The notes: a model not told the origin generated them from the sequence alone. DNA of 64,000 nucleotides from Piromyces finnis finn (GCA_002104945.1 MCFH01000033.1:62001-126000); one strand, 5' to 3'. Shown: positions 40,138-54,056, counted from the stretch's first letter. Numbers and translations: made by a program.

Positions 40138-43100
40138 ATGAATTTACCACCAGTTGTTATCGATAATGGTACTGGGTAAGCAATTTGTTAAATAAAACTT
40201 GATTTATTTTATTTTTTTCGCGGTAAATCATAACATTCTAAAGAAAGAAATAACAACCATATAACTATTATTATTGTTAAGAGAATATGACATACAGTAT
40301 ATTATAATACATTTTGAAATAGTTTTTTAGTACCTAAATAACAAAAAATTTCTTAAACAGTTTATAATAGAAATATATGTTTTATGCAATAAACATTAAA
40401 AAAAAAATATTTCTAATAAAATTCAATAATTCAGAATTAAATTGCTTCCATTTGATTAAAATTTATTTTGCTAAATGGAAATTGTTATAAATGTTATATA
40501 TTAATTGATACAATAATTTACGTTATATCAAATAATAAAAAAAAAAACACTAATTTTTATAACTAGAATATAAAATGGTTTATTCATAAAAAATTCAAAT
40601 TTATAATAAATTCAAAATAAAAAAAAAAAAAGTTTGTTTATTTATAGTAAAAAAAAATATCCATCATGAATTATACTCATTAAAAAGAGTACTTCCATTC
40701 AATATCCTAATAATTATTATGATAAAGAGCTATCAAATAGGTTTAAAATATATTGGACATTATTATAAAATAAAAATACTAATAACAAATGAAAAAGTTT
40801 ATAATTACACATTAGTAGAATCAACATTGATGTATGATCCCTTAGTTGTGATATTAATTTTTCAATGGTATAAATTAACCATTGTATATTCAAAATATAT
40901 ATTATAAATATATAGTTATAAAGAAAAATTGTTGTTTTTTCATTATTATTGATATTATTATTAATAACTATAATGAAAATTGCAATTATCAAAGAAAAAA
41001 TATATATAATAGAATTACTTAAGTGTCTATTATTAATATATGACATATAAAATAACAAAGTATAACAACATATATTGCATAAGAATAATAAAAATATATG
41101 TACTAAACATTAATTATAAAATATTACTAAGAATAATTATTAAATATTGCAAATAATAGAATCTTTATACATAAATGATTGCATTAATTTTTTTAAATAA
41201 TATAAAAATAAATTATTGAATTTACAAATAATAAAGAAGTAAATTAGAAAAATAAATTAATTATATAGATTTTTTTTTAATGAAAATACTACAGATATAC
41301 CAAGATGGGTTTTGCTGGAATAAAGAACCATCCACAATTTGTTATTCCAACCGTTATTGGTACTCGCGAAGGAAATGCTGATCGTGGAAACAATCTTGCT
41401 TCTAAGAGAGGTATTGAAGATTTAAATTTCTATATTGGTGATGAAGCTATCGCCAACAGTAAAACCTACTCTTTAAATTACCCAATTAGACATGGTCAAG
41501 TTGAAAACTGGGATTTAATGGAAAAATTTTATCAAGCATCTATTTTCCAATATCTTAAGTGTGAACCAGAAGATCACTTATTCTTATTAGTATGTAGAAT
41601 TGAAAAATAATTTTTATTTATTATATAAAGTTTAAATTTCTCGATAGAATATAAAATTAGAATAATATATGAATTTTTAAATATATAATATTATAATTTT
41701 TAAATGAAAAATAAAATATAAAATTATAAAGTATTAAATGTTTATAAAATCTTTTTTTTGTATTATATACATATTTATTACTATATTTATTTGTAAATAA
41801 TGTAAATATTCAAGACTGAACCACCACTTAATCAACCAGAAAACAGAGAATATTTAGCAGAAATTATGTTTGAATCTTTTGGTGTTAAAGGTATGTACAT
41901 TGCTGTTCAAGCTATGTTAGCTTTAGCTGCTAGTTGGAAGAAGAGTGAAAGAAGTAACTGGACTTTAACTGGTACTGTTATTGATAGTGGTGATGGTGTT
42001 ACTCACGTTATTCCATTAGTAAATATTCTATCTTTTTATAATCATAATATTACTAAATATAGTAAAAAATCGTATAATAGTTTTAAAGGAATATTGATAT
42101 TTTTATCAATATAATATTAATGAATTAATTTTCTTATCTATAATGAATAGGCTGAAGGTTATGTCATTGGTTCATCTATTAAGCATATTCCAATTGCTGG
42201 TCGTGATATTACTTATTTCGTTCAACAATTATTAAGAGAACGTGAAAATAGTATTCCACCAGAAGAATCTATGGAAGTCGCCAAAAGAATTAAGGAAATG
42301 TACAGTTACACTTGTAATGATATTGTAAAAGAATTCAAAAAATACGATTCTGAACCAGCTAAATGGTTTAAGGAATACATTGGTCAACATTCCATTACCA
42401 AAAAAGTAAATGAAAAAAATCGAAAATAGTCTATAATTAAAAAAAAAAAAAAATCAATATATACTAATTTACATATGCACTATTTTTTAAAAAAAAAAAA
42501 ATTTGTATATTATTGTATGCATAAAAAAATGCAAAATTAAATTTAATCACTTTAATTAATAGGAATACAGAGTTGATGTTGGTTATGAAAGATTCTTAGG
42601 TCCAGAAATTTTCTTCAATCCAGAAATTTCAAACTCTGATTTCACTACTCCAATATCTACTGTTGTTGATGATGTTATTCAAAGTTGTCCAATTGATACT
42701 AGAAGAGGTCTTTACAAGGTAAAAATTTTTTAAATATATATATTATATAAAAAATAAAATTATATAAAGGAAAGTTTCTAATTATACTATTTTTATAAAT
42801 ATTAAACTAAACATTAAATTAACATTTAAATACACAATAAAAACAAAACACTAAATGAAATATATAAAATATATAATAAAAAAATATCAATATAAAAATA
42901 TTTGAATAAAAATTATCAACTTTCATTAATAAACAAATAAATATTTAATATCATTAATTAATCTATAAATTAACTATACAGAACATTGTTTTATCTGGTG
43001 GTTCAACTATGTTTAAGGACTTTGGTAAGAGATTACAACGTGATATTAAGAGAGTTGTTGATGCTCGTATTCAACGTTCTATTGAATTAACTAAGAAGGT

Positions 43101-43463
43101 TCTTCAAAGTGACGCTGATATTCAATCTAATGCTATTGAAGTTAATGTTATCAGTCACAAAAGACAAAGATATGCAGTCTGGTATGGTGGTAACATTTTA
43201 TCTACCACTGTAAGTTCATTTATTACATTTTGCAAAATATAATTTATATTTTTAATTAATTTATACAATAATATAATGCTTATATATTCTATATTAAATC
43301 TCAAACTATTATCTATTCTATATTTTTACTTTTATATATAACTCTATTTTAATTTGAAATATTTCAGGATGCCTTCCCAAAACACTGTCATACTAAGGCT
43401 GAATATGATGAAGTTGGTCCAAGTATTTGTAGATACAATAAGGTCTTTGGCTCTGTTTTATAG
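40138..43463 (+). CDS. ARP3: Actin-related protein 3; join(40138..40175,41295..41589,41815..42018,42151..42405,42563..42718,42982..43209,43368..43463), 423 aa
   Basis: [84 protein letters not shown]. Confidence 0.95.
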
Positions 43464-43843
43464 ATTAATTACATTCAAATAATCTAATGACTCTGTGTAT
43501 TATTTTAATTAAATATAATTATAAATTAAAAGCGAAATTACAAAATAAAAAAAAATAGGCAATTAAAAAAAAAAAAAAAAGAAAATTACAAAAATAACAA
43601 AGAAAAAAAAACCCAGAAATAAAGTAAAAAAGAAATAATTTTAAAATTTTAAAATATAAAAACAACAACCCTCAAAATATTATTATAGTATTGATCATAC
43701 TAAAATAATAATTAAAATAATAATAAAAAAAAATTAAAATAATAACAATAATAATAATGAAACACTAATAAAAAATAAAATAAACACTTAATAATAATAA
43801 ATATTAACAAAACATTAATGTATTATAATTTTATAACAATAAA

Positions 43844-43881
<38 letters not shown>

Positions 43882-43968
43882 AAAATGTTTTTATAAAATT
43901 GAAATGAAGTTATGAAGTTATGCAAGAGTTTTTATCTTTTTTTTTTTTAAAAAAAAAATTATAATTTA

Positions 43969-43999
<31 letters not shown>

Positions 44000-44440
44000 C
44001 CTATTAATTAATTTATTTTTATTATAAGAAAGTTGAACCTTATAATTAAAATATTGTTAAATAGAGAGTAAAGATTATTGTATTTAAATAGGTAAAGGAT
44101 ATAATGAATAAAATATTTATAATTATTATTTTTAGTGCTTTCAAAAACATCAAAAGTATATTTTAAAAAAAATTTTTTTTAAAAAAAACAAAAATTTAAA
44201 AGTTGGCCCGGGAATGTTTAATTCTTAATATTAATTAAATATTTAAATAGTTTAAAAAAGTACCTTTAAAAAAATTTTAATATTTAAAAAGTGTTATAAG
44301 GATTTTTCTAATTAATTATACAATCTACAATTATATAGTTTATTAATTCTTTCTAATATTTTTAAAGTTCTATAATATAATTGTTGATTATAAAATATAA
44401 AAGTAATTTCATGAAATTAATTTAATATTATTATTATGAA

Positions 44441-47400
44441 ATGACAGATGTAGAAACAGTCAAACTTCCTTATTTTATAAGTAATAAAATTGGGTTATTC
44501 AAAAATATAAAAGATGATTATGAAATTGATTTTAATAAAAGCGTAGAGAGTGAATTAAATTGGCTAAAGTCACAAAGAAGGTAAAATTAAATTGTTAATT
44601 GTTAATTAATGAATATAAATGAAATTAATATATTATTTTTATATTGATTCAAAATGAAAAAAGTATATTATAAATAAATTTCTATTGTTATTGATATATA
44701 TTAATATAATATATATAAAGTGTTATAGATGACTTATTAAATGACACAGAGTTTGAAACTATTCAAAAGGTTTATTATATATAAGTTAAATCTATTAAAT
44801 AAAAAATAATAATTAACCTTTTTTTTTTAATTTACTTATATATATATAATAATAATATAATAATAATAATTAAATTTCATTAAATTATTTATAAATTAAT
44901 AAAGCAAATTTCAATAAACATTGAAAATTCTGATATAAATGGATCAATATCAGTTAATCCAGAATTAAAAAATGAAAAAGTCATTAAATCTATAATAAAT
45001 GATGATGACTTTAATAAAAATGTTGAATCCACAAATTCAATAAGTTATAATTCTAACCTTAAATATAGTGACAAAGAAGAATTACCCCCATCATTATTAG
45101 ACTTTGCAAAAAATACATCAAATAATATAGATAAAACTGTTATATTTAATCAAAAAGAGAGTTCAATGAAAAAGGGATCTTTTTATGATTTAAATAATAA
45201 ATTAAACGACTTAAAAGATAATATAGAAAATCGTAATTTAATTATTAGTAAAATCGAAAAAAAGGATATATTTAAAAGGATTAGTGATAAGAATGATAAA
45301 AGTGATACTGAAGAATTTGAAACATTTGATGTTCTTGGTGATTTAAAAAAATCTTTAGAAAATTACAATCTAATTATTAGTAAATTAGAAAAGAAAAACG
45401 AAGTAAAAAAGGATAATACACCTGAATCTATTGTTAAAAATGTTGATAAAGATAATAACAAAAAAGAAATAAACGTAAAGCCTTCTCCATTAATAAAAAG
45501 TAAAAGTGAAATTTCACTAATAAAATTAAATGAACCTAAAAATACAACTTTCACTAAAAAACCCTTATCATTGATTAAAAGTAAAAGTGAATTAGCACTT
45601 CCAAATCTCAATGAAATAGATATAAGTTCAAGAAAAAAGAAAAGTTTTGAAGAAAAAATAGGTTTAACAAATAATTCAAATTCATTAGATTCTTTGTTAG
45701 CATCAAGTATTAATGAAAAAAAGTCAAAATCTACTGATAATATTTCAACACCTTCTAAAAAAGAGTCAAACTCTATTTTTAGAACACCTGATAAAGAAAA
45801 AGAAACCAATAAAAAGTCAGTAAGTCAGCGTTTCAAAGCTATTTGGGATTCAACTACAAGAGGTTTACATTCAACATTTTCTAGAAATTCTTCATCTTCT
45901 AATAATATCAAAGAAAAGAAAAAGTCTACTGAATTATTCGGAAGTTCAATTTTCTCTTCTTCTCATAATCTTTATTCATCGCCTGAACGTGATCCAAGTA
46001 TATCAGCACTAGCTTTTTCAAAAGGAAGCAAATCAACAGATTTTAAAAGAGAAAAATTAAGAGATCAATATTTAAAATTTGGTAGTGCAAGTATACCTTC
46101 TAAAAATAAAATAAAGTACCTTTTTGGAACAGAATATGAAAATATAAATATAGATTTTAAAGATTATAAAAATAAAACAAATATCTTTAATTCAAATTTT
46201 GATGATCTTAAGATCTATAATTCTACTTCCCTATCAAATGCATCACCAATCCACAGTCCACCAGATTCTCCATTAGCCCTGAGAAGTAAATTATATATTT
46301 CAAATTTAGATGAATTTAATAGTAAGGATAGTCCATTGAAAAAAGGTATAACCGATATCACTAGTATTATTAATAGTAAAAGTAAAATAAATAATAAAAC
46401 ATTATCCCAAAATCAATCCTCTTGGAATACTATTTTTGATTTTAATACCCAAAAAGAATTTCCATCTTTCATTCCAAAACATTCAAAATTTAAATCATCA
46501 GAAATAATTAAAAATAAGACTAATAATACTATTGCTACATTAGCTTCAGCCAAATTAATTAAAAAACAAGAAGAACGTTTAACTTTAGAAAAAAAACAAA
46601 AAATTAAAATGAATGTTGAAAGACATAGAATATACCTTCAAAGGAAAAAAGAAATAGAAGAAAAAGAAAAAGAAAAACTTTTTACCTTTAAGAAAAAAGA
46701 AGATGAAGAAAAGGAGCAAGAAGAAAAGAATAAGGAAAAGGGAAGAGAAGAAAATAGAATAAAAACAGAAAAAATATTAGAACAGATGAAATATGATATG
46801 GAAGCCTTAATTCGAAAAAGGAATGAAAAAATCAAGCAAGTTCAAGAAAAAAAGCAAGCTTTAAAACAAAAAGAATTAACAAAAAAATCAATTTTAATGA
46901 ATCATTCTCGTATCAATGATTTCTCAAGTATTCCAATAACCACCACCACCAATCTAATTGACAAATATAAAACAAATAAAAACAAATCAAAAGTTAACCC
47001 ATCCTCACCTCTAGATACCCATTCCTCAAATACTAGTAAAAATGCTAATGGTAAGCGTCCATCAATACAAAAATTAAATAAACCCGGAAACACGAAAAAA
47101 CCATCTATCAATTCCTCAATAATATCTTCAATACCAAAAAAACTATCTATAACAAAGGGTAAAGCAGCATCAACAACAACAGTTAAAAGAACATCTAAAA
47201 TTAATTCTAGTGCTTCAAATAAACAGCAAACAAAGATTTTAAATAAAGAAAATATTTCTGGTTCAATGCAATTTCAAGAAGAATCAAATCAAAATTATGA
47301 TCCAAATCTATCCATTATATCAATTTCTTCATCAAGATCAAGTAACACTTCCTACAAAGGAACTATTCTTAAAGACGGTGAATTCCCAGATATCCCTAGC

Positions 47401-47875
47401 GAGTAATTATTTAATTTTCTATTTTTTTAAAAAAAAAAAACTTCATTTCTAAATAAACAAAATTATAAGAATTTTTGATTTCTAAGATTATCTATTCAAT
47501 TTTATAAATATATTTACAATAGCTATTCAGATGATGATAATGATGATAAAGAATATAAAAAGCGTGAATTAATTGCTACATGGGCAAAAACACCAAATTT
47601 AATGAAAGCTTTAGAAAAGCAACAAAATGTTAATCCAGATGAGATTTTTGGTGGCATTAAACCATGTCATTTAAATGGTAAATTTTTATATAATTTTTAT
47701 TTAATCTATTATTTCTTAAAAGTTTTGTAATAATAAATAACTAAATATTTATTTTACATATATCTATCTATTTATCTCTGTAATAATAATAATAATAATA
47801 GAAATTTTTCAAGGGTCTAGTTATAGACGTCATACTAAGAACGAGAATTGGGAAGACAGTAGTATTTTAATATAA
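44441..47875 (+). CDS. INCENP/Pic1/Sli15-like chromosomal passenger protein; join(44441..44580,44721..44769,44905..47402,47523..47677,47802..47875), 971 aa
   Basis: N-terminal ..SVESELNWL.. motif, long S/K-rich disordered region, charged helix (EKEKEK...), and C-terminal IN-box FPDIPSDYSDDD...ATWAKTPNLMKALEKQQNVNPDEIFGGIKPCHLNEIF assembled across two introns. Confidence 0.75.
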
Positions 47876-50498
47876 TAAAAATATAAATAGTATTATTTTC
47901 ATGCGATAAAAAAAATTTTGTATATACATAATAATTTTTGTTTTTACCTTATAATTAAATATTCCATAGAAAGCATTTTAATTTATTAATTTTTTTTTTT
48001 TTAATAAAATACAAAAATACAAAAATACATTATTATTATATATGTATTCTTTACTGATTTTACAAACTAAATAATATAGTGATATTTAAAATTTTAATAA
48101 TAAAAAAATGAAACTTTAATTATTATTCTTTTTTTTTTTATTATTTTTTTTCGAGTTTTGAATATTCATACATTTATAATGGTTGTTGATTTTTCTCACT
48201 AAAATAAAAATTTTAGGAATAAATAAAGAAATAAAAAATAGACATTTATCTCAGTAGCCCTCATAATATTATCTAATAATAAAAAATCATTGCTTTTTCA
48301 ATTTTTAAAAATTACTTTATAAATTTTTAAGTAAGATTCATTATTCATTCATTCATTATAAAGTGTACGCTTAATGTGATTAATCTCGTTATATAAAATT
48401 ATATATTACATATCTTATTAATTTATTACAAATATAATAAATATAATAATTATAATATTTAATTGATAATAATATTTTTATTATCTAATATATCCAATCA
48501 AAATAAAAGGTAGTTGATTCATTAAATTTTTAAAAATTTTAAAAATATTAAATCATATATAATATGGTAAAAAATTGCAGCCTATTAAAAAAATCGCTTC
48601 TTAACGATATTTATAAAAGCGCTGTTTGTTAGAGGATTTCTAAAAATTTATTTTTAGAGGATAATTTCTCTGTGATGCACATGGTCGTCAAAAATATCGA
48701 ATAACGAAATAAAAATAAAGATTCTCGATCTTTGGGTGCCATAAACTGAAATCCTCTTTATTAATGTTTGATGAAGTTAATGGCAATGGATGGAGAAATA
48801 TTTCTTTATGAAAGAAACAAATTTTTGTAATTAAATTTAATGTAAAAATTTTTAAAATATTAAGGAATTTTTTTATACTTTTAGAATATTTTAAAACTAG
48901 TATTTAGACTATAATAACATTAGGTATTAATGTCTATTATACCATAACTATTTCTAAATAATATTTGTTTTATATATTTTTTTAAATTGGGAAACACGAA
49001 ATTTAATTGATATTGAATAGTGTATCATTTTAAATAAGCATGGTATTTGTGAAAATACATAGTAATAGTGTATAATATAAAACTATAGTTTTTTATATTG
49101 TCTTTTGCCAACATCATACTCTAAAACAAAGATGATATAGTAAAAAATAGTATAGTACAGTTAATAATTCTTTTTTAAGAATCTATTAACATCCTATGGA
49201 CGACCTTGATGTTCTTCAATAGATATTACTAGAAAACTAGAAATAATATCAACACTGGAAAAAAATACTTAAAATTATAATTCTATGGTACATAAGATCC
49301 TAACCCATTAATTTCTGAAATACATTTTTATATTTTATGTAATGTAAAATTAATTAAAAACAGTTTCTAACCCTCATGAAATTTTCCATTTTTTTATGAT
49401 TTAAAAAATGAAATCAGAGTTTTGTGATGATAAATATTAATATTATTTAAAAGTTTCTTTCTGAAAATATTCTATTCATTTTATAATTAGGAATTATTTT
49501 ATATTAATAAATATTTTATTATAACTATTATAATATTATTATTAATAAAATCAAGTTTATAAAAGTATGAATTTACAATTTATCAAAAATTATAATTAAA
49601 TACCATCCTATCATAAATATTTCGTATGACCTTTTTTTTAAAAAAAGAAAAAAAAAAAAAGAAAAAGGTTTTAAAACTTAAGTTTGATGACTCATATAGT
49701 CCTGGGAACTTTTATAAATCTATAAATGATAAATAATACTAAAGTAAAAATTAGTATTTATAATTCTATAAATAATAAATAATACAAAGGTAAAAATTAG
49801 TATTATTAAGTTGTATAAGATAAAGTTAAATTATTTCTTTTAATTGAAAATATTATTTTTCATTAACACTGATAAGATTAGTACAACTTTTAAGAATAAA
49901 TTACTTTTTTTTTTTGGTTTCTAAATACAATAACTTGTTTGTATTTTTTTCAAGTATTTAGACTATAATTTTAGTAAATGTATCTAAATCAAATTTACAA
50001 ATTTACAAATGAGAAATTAAAGTATAAAATAATAATAAAAAAAAGTAAAAAAGGAAGAATCATCAAATATTTATAAATTTAAATTGATTTTATTATTATT
50101 ATATATTAATAATAGATTTAAAAGTTTGCATTTATTATTTTTAACATAAAAATTAAAAGGAATATCTTTATTAAATAAATAATATCATTTTATAAAAACC
50201 TAGTTAAATAATTTCTACTACTAAATAATAAATTATATTTTTATAAAAATTATTTTTGGATGAAAAATACATTATATACATTGTATACATTATAATGCAA
50301 TATTTTTACTACGTTAAAAAAAAGGTATAAAGTAAAGATCATATAAAAAATTACTAATTCACAATCTTACACACAAATAATTTGATTCGATCTTGAAAGA
50401 AATATAATATATATTTACAATATATTTGAATATATATATAATTAAAATATTAATAAATTAATAATATTCATTAATAAATAATCAGAAAAATAATGGAT

Positions 50499-51044
50499 AT
50501 AAATAAATTATAGTCGTTCCAGTTTTTATCCTGGTTGTTAAGGCGTTTCCTTAGCATACATAAGGCTTCTGGTTCGACCCCGCAGATGTCAGTGCCTGTG
50601 GATTTTCCCACTGGGTTTGCCATGGGTTGGGTTATGATATTCAGGTAAGTATAAATGAACTTTCTAATTTACTACTATGATAATAACACTCGTCTAGCCG
50701 GCCTGAGAGGGTCTAGTGTACATGGTACATTCCAAATTAGAACTTAATAAGTGGTGACTTAGGCTATGCCAAAAACACATAATATTCCTTAATCAATTTA
50801 AGTGTAAACATTAGGGGGCGGTTGACACGTGATCAAATTGACTATAAGAGGCTTAGCATTGTAGTTGTGAAATATCGTACAACGACATGCATCTAATGTA
50901 CATGGATTAAGTGAGCGTCGAAGCTGAAGAAACAGTATGACAGACCAGGAGGGTCACAACCACCTAGCAATAGGAATGAGCCAACGTTTCTCTAAGAACC
51001 ACCATTGGAGCTAACTCTGATCGATGGGAGAAATGCACTCGGAA

Positions 51045-51075
<31 letters not shown>

Positions 51076-51089
51076 TAAATAAATTATAG
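50499..51089 (+). mobile_element. Putative full-length tRNA-derived SINE: TSD 50499-50513, body 50514-51047, poly(A) 51048-51074, TSD 51075-51089
   Basis: Exact 15-bp direct repeat ATAAATAAATTATAG on both sides; 27-nt A tail; B-box GGTTCGACCCC at 50571-50581; tRNA-Ala(AGC)-like TTAGCAT loop at canonical spacing; about 42% GC (hand count 222/534) against very AT-rich flanks; no long ORF. Confidence 0.8.
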
Positions 51090-51393
51090 ATTCAATTAAA
51101 AATAAAGTATATTGATAATATATGGAAAAATTGAAAATTTTGGTTATTATTTTTGGTATTTATTCATGCTTTATTAAAGATTGACATGTATATATTATGT
51201 ATATATTATGTATGTATTATGTGAATGAAGCATTTATATATATTTATTTAAATTTATATATAGTATAACTATTGTTTATTTTTATTAAAAAAAAAAAAAG
51301 TCAAAAGATTTAATTTTTTAATCATTTGTTATAAAAGTATATATCCAATTACAATTATATAATTATATAATTAAAATTTTATAAAGTAATAAT

Positions 51394-54056
51394 ATGGCAA
51401 AAGGAAAAAAGAAGACTAAATTTATACCAATTGATCAAATTGGTAACTTAGAAAGTAAAAAAACTGAAGAGAGAGTCAACACTCCACAAAAAAATGTTGA
51501 AGAGAGTACTACAACAACTGAAACTACTGAAAATCAAACTATTACAAAAAGTAATTCACCATCACCAAAACCAAATAATAAGAAAAAAAAGAAGGAAAAT
51601 GTTGTAAAGGATGAAAAAGAAGATTTCAGTTCTTGTATTATTTGTACTGAAGATGTTGAATTATATGCTGTTGGTAGTTGTAATCATCCAATTTGTCATA
51701 GATGTTCTTTAAGATTACGTATATTATATGAAACTAAAGAATGTCCATATTGTAAGGTAAACTACTTTAAATATATAAAAATACTCTAAATATAAAAACT
51801 ATTTAAAAAAGTAGGATTTAATGTGAGGTTGATATAGTATTAATTACTTAATGCTTAAAATGTATTAAATAAATTTCTAAATATATATGATTTAAATTTA
51901 TAAAATGAAATATTATTAGAATAGTAAATGATTTTTTTTTATAGTAAAATGAAGATAAATACCATATTAACATATAAATTATAATATACAATGATATATA
52001 AAAATTTAATTTTATGATAGACCGAATTAAATAATGTTATATATACAAAAAATAAAGAAAGACAATATGAAGATTATCGTCTTTCAGATTTTTCTTACTT
52101 TAATAAGGATAGAGGCTCTTATTTTGAAAATGAAGATATTAGAAAAATTGTAAATAATATGGAAAAATATTGTTGTCCAGATGATGAGTGTTCATTTGTA
52201 GGTGATGACTGGATGAGTTTAAAGAAGCATACTAAAAATGATCACGATAAATTTTTATGGTATATATATTTTATATAATTCTGCATTTTAAAGACTCAAA
52301 AACAAAAAAAAAAAAAAAAAGAAATAATAATTACTAAATTTATTGTAATTATATAAAGTGATATTTGTATAAATAAGAAAAAAGTTTTTCCATTTGAACA
52401 AATTTTATATTCTCAAGATAAATTAATAAAACATAAAGAAAAAGAACATAAACAATGTGGTTTTTGTATGAAACGTTTTTATGATGATGATGATCTTTAT
52501 GATCATTGCAAAAAAAGTTATGAAGAATGTCAATGTTGTAAGCAATTAGGAAAACCAAACCAATACTTTATTAATTATGGAACTTTAGTAAGTGTTATAT
52601 TATTTCATGCAATAATAACTAAAATAAAATAAGTGATATACTCAAATATATTTTAAATTATTATATGTCCAAAAATATTTTTAAATTTTAATTTATTTTA
52701 GTCTGAACACTTTAATAAAGAACATTTTGTATGTCAACATCCAGAATGTCTTGAAAAAAAATTTATTGTTTTCCCAACAGAATTTGATTTAAAGGCTCAT
52801 GAAGTAAGTTTAAAAATATATTTAATTATTATTACTATTATTTTAATAATTATTGAATTAATTATAAATTAAAATAAAAAGGACTAAGCGTAAACAAAAA
52901 TGCTTAATTTATATTTTTATAAAATTATAATTAGGTTGAAGAGCATCTTCAAAATTCTGGAAAGGGTAAAGGCCGTTATCAACCAATTGATATTGGATTC
53001 CAATATGCAGATTCTCATTCATCATCTTCAAATTATCACTCTAGAAATGACAGAAATGACAGATACAACAATAGAAATAATAGAAATAATAGAAATGATG
53101 GAAATGATAGAAGAGAAAGAAATAACAGAAATGGTAGAAAAAACAGAAGTGAAAGAAATAATGATGAACATACTACAACCACTACTAATGAAATAATAGG
53201 AAATGATGAAACATCTCAAAAATCAAATCAAAGATCAAATAATAGATCAAAAAAGAATAATAATAATAACAATAGAGGTGCAAGAAATCGTTTTAATGTT
53301 CCAGAAGGTTTTGGATCAAAACTTACAGGTTCTGAAAATGATGCAAAGAATGAAGAAGAAATAATACAAGAATCTTCATCAAGTAGTCATCCAATAGAAG
53401 CTTCCCATTCAAATAACAGACAATCTAAAGCTTCCGCATCATCATCATCATCCCATAGTGCTACAACAACTATTACATCAATGGATCCAGAAGAAATTGA
53501 ATTAATTAAAAAGTTAAATAAAATGATTGGTTCTGATCAAAATCAAATTACTACTTTCAAAACTATTTCATCTTCCTATTATAAGGATTTATTACCAGCT
53601 GAAAAGTTTTTAGAAGCTTTCATTGCTCTTGTTAATAAAAATGATGTAAAAGGAAAAGGAAAGAAGAAGAATGTAATTGATAAAATTGGTAGTGTTTGGA
53701 ATCAAATGGCAAAAGATTTATTAAAGAAGAAGGATTCACCAGAAGGTAAAAACATTGATTTTGAAAAGAAATGTAATGATATGTTAAGAGCTTGGAATGA
53801 TTATAAAATTAAAGTAAGTGTTAAAAAAAAAAAAAAAAAAACACATATAGTTTAAAGAATTTTATAATTTATTAATTGTAAATTTTAAAAATAAAAATAA
53901 AAAAAGCAAAATGATCAAGAAGAAGATTATTCTACCATATTGGCCGAGAAGAAAAAGAAGTTAAATCAATCATACGCTTCACATGCTGATTTACCAGATT
54001 CATTAGGATTATTAAGTAAACCAAAACAAAAAGCTAAAGGTAAATAGATATATATT

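Noticed and set aside
40717-41058. ORFs inside ARP3 intron 1
   Set aside because: I/N/Y-rich low-complexity translations without motifs; consistent with chance in AT-rich DNA.
45363-47111. Minus-strand ORFs 45363-45809, 46638-46835 and 46902-47111
   Set aside because: Antisense shadows of the K/E/S-rich INCENP-like exon.
50513-50652. U1 snRNA on the minus strand (starts ATACTTACCTG)
   Set aside because: Downstream sequence lacks the U1-70K loop (GATCAC), the U1A loop (TTGCAC) and a recognisable Sm site; better explained as a splice-donor-like motif in the SINE.
50995-51017. RNase MRP RNA (CCATTGGAGCTAACT resembles the CR-V/P4 3' strand)
   Set aside because: No matching GAAAGUC(U/C)CC P4 5' strand or P1 partner found; the TSD and poly(A) favour a retro-insertion. 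An Infernal search would settle it.
50514-51047. Group I intron, hammerhead ribozyme, telomerase RNA or functional tRNA
   Set aside because: GACTA/TAGTC occur in the wrong order for P7; CTGAAGA has no stem II plus GAAA; TAACCCAACCC is not a clean template repeat; the tRNA acceptor and anticodon stems do not pair.
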